Shown: positions 1 to 7,736 of the stretch, piece by piece
How positions within the stretch are numbered: position 1 is the first letter of the stretch
How the letters are laid out: every line of letters begins with the position of its first letter
Source of the DNA: Methanobacteriota archaeon
GTDB lineage: Archaea > Methanobacteriota > Methanobacteria > Methanobacteriales > Methanobacteriaceae
DNA: 14,369 nt
NCBI GenBank assembly: GCA_963787255.1
Contig: CAWBCJ010000004.1
Location: 1-14,369, forward strand
Reading direction: 5' to 3'
Program-made: the position numbers and the translations under genes
The notes under the pieces: model-generated
What the model was told of the DNA's origin: nothing
What the model saw: only the letters and a program-made list of their open reading frames with translations
Database searches by the model: none

Positions 1-200
1 TTAAAACCTGCATTTGAAACCTGCAAAGCAGCTCGAAGTCCAGTTAAACCTCCCCCAATTATAATTACATCATAATAATGAATCATAGATAAAACAAGGT
101 CATCTGGAGTTGAAGATATGATTATGGCCTCTTTTAATGATAGATCTTCTGATTTTTTTAGTTTAGAAGAAGATGCTAATTTACTTTTTAAAAGTGCCAT
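1..200 (-). CDS. 5' part of an FAD-dependent oxidoreductase, succinate dehydrogenase/fumarate reductase flavoprotein-like (runs off the window)
   Basis: Not in the ORF track. Manual translation from ATG at 200 (in-frame GTG at 206; AGGTGA RBS at 211-216) gives MALLKSKLAS...SMIHYYDVIIIGGGLTGLRAALQVSNAGF, open to the window edge. DVIIIGGGxxGLRAA is the dinucleotide-binding motif typical of SdhA/FrdA-family N-termini. Confidence 0.8.
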   Translation of the reverse strand, partial: MALLKSKLASSSKLKKSEDLSLKEAIIISSTPDDLVLSMIHYYDVIIIGGGLTGLRAALQVSNAGF

Positions 201-378
201 TTCCACATAATCACCTACTTACATTATTTATTATTTAAAAAATATTAATTTATTGAATTTTTATCATTTAAATTTAAATTATCATACTGTAATAATATGT
301 AGTAAGGATTAGATGCAATCTTATCGAAAATTATATATCCTGGAGGCATTTTTTTTATGGCCAAGTACCGATGCACAA

Positions 379-388
379 TTTTATATAA
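379..388 (+). promoter_or_regulatory. Putative TATA box for the 436..747 gene
   Basis: TTTTATATAA about 50 nt upstream of the proposed start. Confidence 0.45.
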
Positions 389-435
389 CTATGATTTATG
401 ATGAAGAAAAAAAAATGGATGGGGGGATGATTGTG

Positions 436-747
436 ATGGATAAATTCGAGGAAAAACTTAATAAACTGGCACAAATGAGTGAAGAAGATAAGAATAGATC
501 TCTAGAAGAAATTAAAGGAGATTGTGTATGTCCAATTTGCCCAAATTATAATGAATGTGCAGAAAAAGCTGATGAATTAATATTTTGTATAATGGGAAAA
601 AGTGAAAATTGTATTAGTGAAAAAAGAAGTTGTATGTGTCCTAGTTGCCCCTTTGGACAAAAGCATGGAATTGGAGTTAAATATAATTTCTATTGCATAC
701 GTGATTCAGAAATGGAACAGCGAAAGAAAAATGATAATATGACTTAA
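436..747 (+). CDS. Cys-rich small protein, DUF2769-like, with an N-terminal helical extension
   Basis: 10 Cys: CVCPICP..C..FC..GKS..C..CMCPSCP..FYC. Start moved from 313 to ATG 436 because GGGGGGATGA (RBS-like) lies at 421-430 and a TATA-like TTTTATATAA at 379-388. Confidence 0.8.
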   Translation: MDKFEEKLNKLAQMSEEDKNRSLEEIKGDCVCPICPNYNECAEKADELIFCIMGKSENCISEKRSCMCPSCPFGQKHGIGVKYNFYCIRDSEMEQRKKNDNMT

Positions 748-773
748 ATAGCCAATACTAAATTCTTCTATTT

Positions 774-802
774 AGCTGATTAGATAAATTAACTAGTCAG
801 CT
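774..802. terminator. Inverted repeat between convergent genes (possible terminator hairpin or protein-binding site)
   Basis: AGCTGATTAG-ataaattaa-CTAGTCAGCT; 10-bp arms with one mismatch that would be a G-U pair in the + strand RNA. Confidence 0.5.
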
Positions 803-903
803 CTTAAACTAATTATAAAATAGTATTATTTAGCTTATGTTAAACAATTCAAAGTATAATTAAATGAAATTTAAGTATTATAATGTCTGTTACTTCCCAC
901 TTT

Positions 904-1149
904 TTATTCTAATATGTTTTCTTCTTGAAATTTTCCATTTAGTTTTTTTCCTGCTTCATATTTTGCTCTTTTTAATCCTTTTTGTAATTCAAGACTTGCA
1001 TTTAGATGATCTGCCATTAATTCCCTTGCTAATTCTTCATTATTAAGTTCTTCATCTGTAGTATATCCAATAATAGCTAATAATGATTCTTGCCAATCGT
1101 TATATTCTTTTGTAGCTTCAAACTCTGTTGTTATGTTATCATTACTCAT
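904..1149 (-). CDS. Hypothetical acidic, helical protein (~81 aa)
   Basis: ORF 904..1173 with natural Glu/Lys-rich composition. The likely start is ATG 1149 (MSNDNITTEFEAT), downstream of GGGGAG. Confidence 0.7.
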   Translation of the reverse strand: MSNDNITTEFEATKEYNDWQESLLAIIGYTTDEELNNEELARELMADHLNASLELQKGLKRAKYEAGKKLNGKFQEENILE

Positions 1150-1644
1150 AAATAATACACGCTCCCCATACATTATGTTCTAAAAAATACTTTTCTTATT
1201 CATTCCTTAAACCTTTATCCACTAACCTGCAAATAGAAAAAAATAATTATTTTAAAATGATTTTTAATGTTTCTTCATATATTCAACGTCCGATTTAATC
1301 CTAATATAACTTAAGGTGTATCACTTCTATTATTCCAAAGATGTTGAATTTATGTTAGATAATTTTTAGATGCCTATGTTGGTTTTGACAGCTCCATAGG
1401 ACCTATTATTGAGTAAGTAACGGGTGTAGTATGTATTTGATCTTATAAGCTAGATACAACAGATTATTATAAACATAAATTGTATTATCTGATTAAATAA
1501 CATTTTCTCACCAAGCATATTTCAACACATACAAAATGAAAAAGAACTGCACGCGTTTAATGTGATTGGGAAGTTTATTCTCAGGTTTAATAAATTAATT
1601 TCCATATAGCTAAAATAAATGACTTAGGAGTTTGAATTGTTTTT

Positions 1645-1663
1645 AAAAAAGTTTTTATATTAT
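1645..1663 (+). promoter_or_regulatory. Putative BRE/TATA promoter for the lipoprotein gene
   Basis: AAAAAAG-TTTTTATATTAT about 40-55 nt upstream of ATG 1701; GGAG RBS before the start. Confidence 0.5.
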
Positions 1664-1700
1664 ATTATTCAATCTAACTTTAATTCAAAGGAGTATTTAG

Positions 1701-2273
1701 ATGAAAATATCAAGTAAACATATAGGAATAATAATAGGACTCTTAGCTTTCGTTATTTTAACATCAGGATGCATATCAATCGATAATCCATTAAGTAGCA
1801 TATCAATCGATGATCCATTAAGTAGTTTTACGAATTCTCCCACAAAAACATTCACAGGTTATGGGGTTAGTTTTGAATATCCAAGCAGCTGGTATGTTTA
1901 TCCCGACAATACCACCGGAAACAATGTGATTATGGCAACTAAAGAGGTTGGATTTAATAATGTGCAATTTCAAGTTCAAATAATGCCTAATAACGGTATG
2001 CCAGAAAAAAGCGCAGTTAAAGAGTTCCGAGAAAGTTATACGCCTGGCTGGAATAAAGTTGCAAGCTATAAGCTCACAATAGACAATAAAGCAGCTTATG
2101 AAGACATGTACACGGTTAACGATACTCATTTTAGCAAATTGATGAGAATGTCGCAAATAATCCTTGTAAAAAATGATAAATCATACTTGATGCTTCTTCA
2201 AGCCCCAGAAGATGAATTTGATAAAGAAAGAGCGAACTTTAATGTTATTTTAAACAGTTTTAAAGTTGATTGA
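1701..2273 (+). CDS. PsbP/Mog1-fold-related lipoprotein
   Basis: Signal peptide ending in lipobox-like LTSGC; GVSFEYPSSW motif, 'LTIDNKAAY', 'ILVKNDKSYLM' and terminal 'FNVILNSFKV' match the PsbP-like archaeal family pattern. Confidence 0.85.
   Translation: MKISSKHIGIIIGLLAFVILTSGCISIDNPLSSISIDDPLSSFTNSPTKTFTGYGVSFEYPSSWYVYPDNTTGNNVIMATKEVGFNNVQFQVQIMPNNGMPEKSAVKEFRESYTPGWNKVASYKLTIDNKAAYEDMYTVNDTHFSKLMRMSQIILVKNDKSYLMLLQAPEDEFDKERANFNVILNSFKVD
1771..1824 (+). repeat. 27-bp in-frame tandem duplication
   Basis: GCATATCAATCGATAATCCATTAAGTA followed directly by GCATATCAATCGATGATCCATTAAGTA (1 mismatch), encoding ISIDNPLSS/ISIDDPLSS. Confidence 0.95.
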
Positions 2274-2345
2274 TAATTAAATGTTCCAGTTGATTAATAT
2301 ATTTAAGAGTTAATAAAAAAATTTAAATCTATCAAATAAAATGGG

Positions 2346-2765
2346 ATGATAATTGTGGAAAGGAACTATATTTTAGTTATAGTGATTTTAGTGATGTTTG
2401 GTGCAGTTGTATCAGTTGCTGCATTCTCACAACCATTTAATAATAACAATCTTCAAAATAATGGTTCCGTACAAAAAAATAATTCTAATTCTACAAATAG
2501 TATTGTTAATAGTACTAATACATCATCAAATTCACAAAGTAATGATGTGAGTAAAACTACAGCTTCTACCAAGGATAAAAAGACCAAATCTTCAACAAGT
2601 AGTAATAACTATTCTAGTCAGCCTAAAAGCAGTTCAACTAAGTCTACTAGCACTGTTAATAAAGATGAACAAATATATCAAGAATATCTTAAAAGAAAGG
2701 AGGCAGAACTGAAAAAAATCCAAGGGGTTGTCGATAGTTATGTTAAAGAACGTTATGGTAGATGA
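2346..2765 (+). CDS. Membrane-anchored or secreted protein with an Asn/Ser/Thr-rich low-complexity stalk
   Basis: Hydrophobic N-terminus (YILVIVILVMFGAVVSVAAF), S/T/N-rich linker with six N-x-S/T sequons, and a short charged helical C-terminus. An alternative GTG start lies at 2355. Confidence 0.8.
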   Translation: MIIVERNYILVIVILVMFGAVVSVAAFSQPFNNNNLQNNGSVQKNNSNSTNSIVNSTNTSSNSQSNDVSKTTASTKDKKTKSSTSSNNYSSQPKSSSTKSTSTVNKDEQIYQEYLKRKEAELKKIQGVVDSYVKERYGR

Positions 2766-2970
2766 TAAGTTCAAATAGAGTAAAGTTCTTAAATTTAGTA
2801 AAAAGAAGGTATTTATATGCCTGATGATGAAAATAATGATCTAAAAAAACTAAAAATGAACTAATACTAGCTATCACATATAAAATAAACCGTAAAAAAT
2901 TCTTTTTTTCATTTATTCAATCTCCATTTAACTTAATATAAATTAGTTGTATCACTTCTCTTTTATAAAA

Positions 2971-2992
2971 TAAGATCTCTTAACTGATCTTA
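2971..2992 (-). terminator. Small hairpin followed by a T-run downstream of the 3028 stop
   Basis: TAAGATC-N8-GATCTTA inverted repeat, followed on the minus strand by TTTTAT. Confidence 0.35.
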
Positions 2993-3027
2993 CAGAGTAA
3001 TATGGAATCTCAGAGGGTCATGTATAG

Positions 3028-3594
3028 TTACAAGCCAATCAGGCATTGTATTTCTTCTTTTTCTACAGATATTTCATTAACTCTCTTTGGAGTTTTCTCT
3101 GGAATTCTGTTATTGAATGATGTTAAGCGTGTTTGTACATCAAATTTAATAAGGAGGTCCATGTCTTCTTGTATGAGTTTTATCCAGTCTTCTATGTGTT
3201 CTAAATCCATGTTGGGGTTGGGGGTTGAGCTTGGATTTAGAGAATCCTCTATTATATGTTTAACAACATTTAAGCTTTGGAAGGTTTCGTTATAGAATTT
3301 ATCAAATTCTTTGAAGGGGAAGATGATTAAATCTTCACTTTTTTGGAATACTCCAGGATTGTAGAAGACTGTTTCATTATCTTGGTATTTTATGACACTT
3401 AATCTCATACTAGTTTGGACCTCCTTATTAGGTGATGTCAATCCATTATATTGAAACTAATTATTGGTAGTGGTTGTGGTAAGAGAGCGTGTGAAATCTA
3501 ATACTATTTCATGAAGTGTTATAAGAAGATATAAATACTTTAAAAGTAATAAATTAACTAGAATGAGTGTTACAATTCCATAGTATTTGTCCAT
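3028..3594 (-). pseudogene. Hypothetical gene interrupted by an in-frame TAG at 3457-3459
   Basis: ATG 3594 opens 45 codons (MDKYYGIVTLILVNLLLLKYLYLLITLHEIVLDFTRSLTTTTTNN), then TAG, then FQYNG continues in the same frame into the 137-aa ORF 3028..3441, whose listed start is TTG. Confidence 0.5.
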
Positions 3595-3838
3595 GGGAAA
3601 GGATCTCTTGGACGCCTCCTTTTTACAATATTATTTGCTAATTCCCTATAGAAAAGGTAATCTATAAAATGAATTATTCTCCTTATTTTGGCATGTTAAT
3701 TTGCTAGTTACAACTGTTTTAGCCCCAGAAAGCCTGTAATAATATAAGACAGATATTATGAATGTAAATTAACCTTAAAATAGTACTAAAATTATATTAC
3801 TTATTACTAATAAATTATATAATAATTAGGTGTTTTAA

Positions 3839-4069
3839 ATGGATAAAAAAAATGTACCAGATACAAAAGAAAACGCCAGTAAATGCCTCTGTCCAAGCTG
3901 TCCCACATATAATGAATGCATGGATAATAATAACGAGCATCTCTACTGTTCCCGTGGAAATACTGAATGTAAATTCGATTTGATACATTGTCTTTGCGGA
4001 GAATGTCCCGTATGGAAAGAATACGGAATAAAAAGCTTCTACTACTGCAAAAGTCCATTTAAACTATAA
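3839..4069 (+). CDS. Cys-rich small protein, DUF2769-like (tandem copy 1, 76 aa)
   Basis: CxCxxC-x5-C-x9-C-x6-C-x6-CxCxxC-x13-C; AGGTG RBS at 3828-3832. Confidence 0.85.
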   Translation: MDKKNVPDTKENASKCLCPSCPTYNECMDNNNEHLYCSRGNTECKFDLIHCLCGECPVWKEYGIKSFYYCKSPFKL

Positions 4070-4125
4070 AAATATTGAATTTTAGAGTTAAATATCGATT
4101 TAAAATAAATAAAGGTGGATTAATA

Positions 4126-4356
4126 ATGAATGAAATAGTTCCAAATATAGATAAAAATGCAGAAAGATGTCTTTGCCCCGAATGTCCAACTCATAATGAA
4201 TGCATGAAGAGCAATAAAGAGAAATTTTTCTGTTCTCGTGGAAATACTGAATGCGATATTGAAAAGCATGGATGTTTGTGTGGTAGTTGTCCAGTATGGG
4301 CTGAATATGGACTGGATGATTGGTACTATTGTGAAATAGGACCTGCCCAAAAATAA
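4126..4356 (+). CDS. Cys-rich small protein, DUF2769-like (tandem copy 2, 76 aa)
   Basis: Identical Cys spacing. Start moved to ATG 4126 (AGGTGG RBS just upstream; N-terminus aligns with copy 1). Confidence 0.85.
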   Translation: MNEIVPNIDKNAERCLCPECPTHNECMKSNKEKFFCSRGNTECDIEKHGCLCGSCPVWAEYGLDDWYYCEIGPAQK

Positions 4357-4397
4357 AAACATTATATTATTATAAAATTTTTTTGGGGATGATTAAA

Positions 4398-4661
4398 ATG
4401 AGCGAAAAAAAAGTTGTGCCAGATACAAAAGAAAATGCTGATAGATGCCGCTGTCCCCAGTGTCCGGTATATAATGAATGCATGAAAGACAATGAAGAGA
4501 AATTTTTCTGTTCTCGTGGAAGTTCCGGATGCAGTTTTGAAAAAAGGGGATGTTTGTGTCTGCATTGCCCTAATGAAATTGAATACAGGCTGAATAGTTT
4601 TGTTTATTGTGAAAAAGGTGCTGCTACAGAAAAGAATGTTGCTACTAAAACTTTAAAATAA
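4398..4661 (+). CDS. Cys-rich small protein, DUF2769-like (tandem copy 3, 87 aa)
   Basis: Identical Cys spacing. Start ATG 4398 after GGGGATGA; KKVVPDTKENA aligns with copy 1. Confidence 0.85.
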   Translation: MSEKKVVPDTKENADRCRCPQCPVYNECMKDNEEKFFCSRGSSGCSFEKRGCLCLHCPNEIEYRLNSFVYCEKGAATEKNVATKTLK

Positions 4662-4749
4662 ATATTTTTTTTTATTAATTTTTTCAAAATATATATTAAC
4701 TTTTGTCTACATAAAAATAATAAAATATAAAAACTGGAGGTAATCTAAT

Positions 4750-5169
4750 ATGGCCAAAGGAGATGTTTATAAAGTTTTAACAGAAGATCACGAAAATGTT
4801 AAGGAATTATTAAAAGAGACAATTGAAACTGGAAATACTTCTAAATTTCCAGAATTAAAAAAGCAATTAGAAGCACATATGACCGGTGAAGAAAGCTTCC
4901 TATATCCGCCAATGGAATTTGTAGAAGAAGAAATGGTTAAAAAGAATAGATATGAACATGAACTCGTCTGGGGAAAGCTTTTATATTTGGATAATTCCCA
5001 AGGTGATAAAGATTGGATGATGAATCTAAAAGAACTTAACGATATAATTTTAAAACATGTCGAACGTGAAGAAAATGCACTTTTCCCTAAAGCATCTGAA
5101 GTATTAAGTGCAGAAGCAGAAGAAGACATTATGAAATTAATAGAAGAAACAAAAGCAGAAAACATCTAA
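4750..5169 (+). CDS. Hemerythrin-like (HHE cation-binding) domain protein
   Basis: LTEDH...HMTGEESFLYP...EHE...HVEREENALFP, i.e. two H..HxxxEE repeats; GGAGGT RBS. Confidence 0.92.
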   Translation: MAKGDVYKVLTEDHENVKELLKETIETGNTSKFPELKKQLEAHMTGEESFLYPPMEFVEEEMVKKNRYEHELVWGKLLYLDNSQGDKDWMMNLKELNDIILKHVEREENALFPKASEVLSAEAEEDIMKLIEETKAENI

Positions 5170-5361
5170 AAACATATAATCATTTTTTTTTAAGCAATCA
5201 TAGAATAAATTTAATCTTCTTTTTTTTTCATCCCACAAAAAAGAGTAATTCAAAAAAAAATGGGCATTAAGTTAGTTACCAATCAATACAATATCTACAA
5301 TTATCGTCAAAGAATTAATATAATTCCCCTTTGAACCCCATCTTTTTTTTATCAAACTATT

Positions 5362-5919
5362 TTATTGGAATATTTGAGAACTAAATTTATAAATTTTAAC
5401 GTCCGGATAAATCCAGCAATCGGCCGTAAGACCCGCTTTTACACATGTATTGTATAAAAACTCCTCAACATTCCATCCCCATTCTACAGCAACTTGAGGT
5501 AATAAAAGACCCTTGTAAGGCCCTCTTTCTATAATCAGCCCATCTTCACCTATTTTAATCTTTTCTATATATTCTTCAGGCTTTTTAGCTTCCATAAGCA
5601 CCGGTTTAGTAAGTACACTCACTTCTATTTCAAGATCATTCAACTCATTAATCGTTACAGGTGAAAATCGCGGATCATTAACTGCTGCAGAGATAGCAAC
5701 ATCAATTACAGCCTTAACCAGAGACTCTATAGGTTCGGGATATCCTATACATCCCCTGAGCTGACCATCTTTATTAAGAGTTACAAATACGCCCAATTCT
5801 TCCTTTAAACTATCGGGTGTGTTTTCAGGGACTTTTAATTTCTTTTTTTCTTTAATGAAAGTTTCAATAGTTTCTCGTGCAAGTTTTACCAAAAATTTTC
5901 CATCTTCTTTAGACAACAT
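5362..5919 (-). CDS. AMMECR1-domain protein (TIGR00296 family / AmmeMemoRadiSam protein A-like)
   Basis: GVFVTL, LRGCIG, DPRF, EVSVLT and GLLLPQVA motifs. Confidence 0.96.
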   Translation of the reverse strand: MLSKEDGKFLVKLARETIETFIKEKKKLKVPENTPDSLKEELGVFVTLNKDGQLRGCIGYPEPIESLVKAVIDVAISAAVNDPRFSPVTINELNDLEIEVSVLTKPVLMEAKKPEEYIEKIKIGEDGLIIERGPYKGLLLPQVAVEWGWNVEEFLYNTCVKAGLTADCWIYPDVKIYKFSSQIFQ

Positions 5920-6000
5920 AAATAACGTTTACCCCCATTTTTTCAAATAGTTAACTAGCTCTTTATATCCGTTTAAATGAACACGAAATATATATTTTTT

Positions 6001-7374
6001 TTACATTACGCCGCCGACTGTTGCTTCGCTAACACGTATATGCGGCCCCCCATCTCCAACTGGAGCTGTTTGACCTCCTTTACCACAAAATCCAATGCCC
6101 ATTTTAAAGTCACTGCCTACTGCATCAACATGATTAAGAATTTCAAGAATATTTCCAGACAATGAAACATCCCTTAAAGGCGCCTTAATTTCACCATTTT
6201 CAACTATAAACGATTCTGCAGCATTAAATTGGAATATACCCTTCCCAGTATCTACCTGCCCACCGCGGGAGCCTTTAAGATAAATTCCATCTTTAATATC
6301 TTCAATTATTTCTTCAAATTCTAAATTTCCAGGTTTAAGGTAAGTGTTACTCATTCTTACAATAGGCTGATCACCCACCTTGGATCGGGCATTTCCAGAA
6401 GAAGAAATCCCAAATTTCGCTGCAGTCTCTCTTGAACTTAAAAGAGATATTAATTTACCATTTTCTACAAGCACGTTTTCAGCGGTCCCCACTCCTTCAG
6501 CATCGTATGCATAATATCCAAAGGCATCCATACTAGCATCATCAATAATAGTCACGAGATTTGATCCAATTTGAGTTCCCATTTTACCTTTAAGTATGGA
6601 ATCATTTTGTAAAATTAGATCAGCTTCAGATGCATGGCCTAATGCTTCATGAATAAATACTCCAGTAAGTTCTGGATCCATTATCACTGGAAACTTTCCT
6701 GAAGGTGGAGAAGTTGCATTTAATAATCGGACAGCCTTCTCTGCTGCTTTTCTTCCAAATTTTTCAATATCTTCTTTTTGAAGCACTTCAAATCCACGTG
6801 CGCCTCCGGTACTACCGTGTCCAAATTGAATTACATTTTCATTGGATGCTACTGCATTTAGAAACATTCCCACTCTTGATTCTTCGCTGGTAATTGAAGT
6901 TCCTTCAGTGCTTAAAAATGCTCCAATTCCTTCTGCATCAACATAGCTAACGGTAGTGCTCACAATTTTTTCAATTGTTGCGGCATGATTAGCTTCAGTC
7001 ATGATTTCCTTCTTATCTTCAATAGAAACATTTGAAGGGATTATTTTGGCCTTTGATTTAACTTTATCTACTCGTGGTTCGATAGCAGCAAGTTCAACAT
7101 CACTTTTAAGGGAGTTAACCAGTTTAAGCGCAGTTTCCGCCATTTCATCCATTTTAGAAACTTGAGTTGTAAATGCTGATCCCCATGCACCGTCTTTTAA
7201 TATTCTGATAGCACTTCCAAAATCAGATCCTGATCTTATTTCTTGAATTTTCCCATCTTTCATTATAATAGATGTATTTTGGCTATCGCTTACTCTTATA
7301 TCTGCATAATCCACTTTATTCTCAATTTTTGTCAGCATTGATTGAAATAAGTCAAGATCAATTTGATTTGTCAT
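6001..7374 (-). CDS. tldD: TldD/PmbA-family metalloprotease, catalytic TldD type
   Basis: HEALGH (HExxxH) zinc motif, RMSNTY, GGQVD, and C-terminal [17 protein letters not shown]. Confidence 0.95.
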   Translation of the reverse strand: MTNQIDLDLFQSMLTKIENKVDYADIRVSDSQNTSIIMKDGKIQEIRSGSDFGSAIRILKDGAWGSAFTTQVSKMDEMAETALKLVNSLKSDVELAAIEPRVDKVKSKAKIIPSNVSIEDKKEIMTEANHAATIEKIVSTTVSYVDAEGIGAFLSTEGTSITSEESRVGMFLNAVASNENVIQFGHGSTGGARGFEVLQKEDIEKFGRKAAEKAVRLLNATSPPSGKFPVIMDPELTGVFIHEALGHASEADLILQNDSILKGKMGTQIGSNLVTIIDDASMDAFGYYAYDAEGVGTAENVLVENGKLISLLSSRETAAKFGISSSGNARSKVGDQPIVRMSNTYLKPGNLEFEEIIEDIKDGIYLKGSRGGQVDTGKGIFQFNAAESFIVENGEIKAPLRDVSLSGNILEILNHVDAVGSDFKMGIGFCGKGGQTAPVGDGGPHIRVSEATVGGVM

Positions 7375-7633
7375 GATATCTTCCTTTTTTTTAGCTCAAT
7401 ATATAAATCAATAAAATAATTTTTCAGCCCTTTTAAAACAGTAATATTCTTTTATATTAAATATGATCTTAATGCAATATAAATCGTTTATAAGACTTTT
7501 TTTTAACTGACCACAAAGGTAATAATATACATCTTGAAATTCACGTTAATTTATCTAGTTATAGTTATAATATTAAATTAGCTAGCACGGCAATTTAATG
7601 CAGTATATAATAATGATAGTGCTAAAGTTAAGT

Positions 7634-7647
7634 AAAAAATTATATAA
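7634..7647 (+). promoter_or_regulatory. Putative BRE/TATA for the homocysteine-biosynthesis operon
   Basis: AAAAAATTATATAA about 90 nt upstream of ATG 7737, in AT-rich DNA where such motifs are common. Confidence 0.35.
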
Positions 7648-7736
7648 TTAGAAATGATACTAATAATAAATTTAGAGGATGAAAATAAATATTTTATATT
7701 AATTTTTTTTTAGATACGGCACCGGAAGTAGATAAA

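Noticed and set aside
313-435. N-terminal 41 codons of ORF 313..747
   Set aside because: Contains TATA-like and RBS-like elements; ATG 436 is the better start
864-1046. 60-aa hydrophobic + strand ORF
   Set aside because: Antisense shadow of the 904..1149 gene; the F/L richness reflects the A-rich opposite strand
1818-2156. 112-aa minus-strand ORF
   Set aside because: Lies wholly antisense to the PsbP-like lipoprotein
3002-3295. 97-aa + strand ORF
   Set aside because: Ser-rich antisense shadow of the more protein-like minus-strand frame
3807-5165. Minus-strand ORFs 3807..4058, 4120..4362, 4362..4565 and 4788..5165
   Set aside because: Antisense to well-supported genes; their mutual similarity only mirrors the paralog duplication
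3839-7374. Idea that the Cys-rich mini-proteins are RiPP precursors processed by the nearby TldD
   Set aside because: No YcaO, radical SAM or transporter gene in the window; tldD is on the opposite strand in an apparently core block; the proteins look like folded metal-binding domains without leader/core structure
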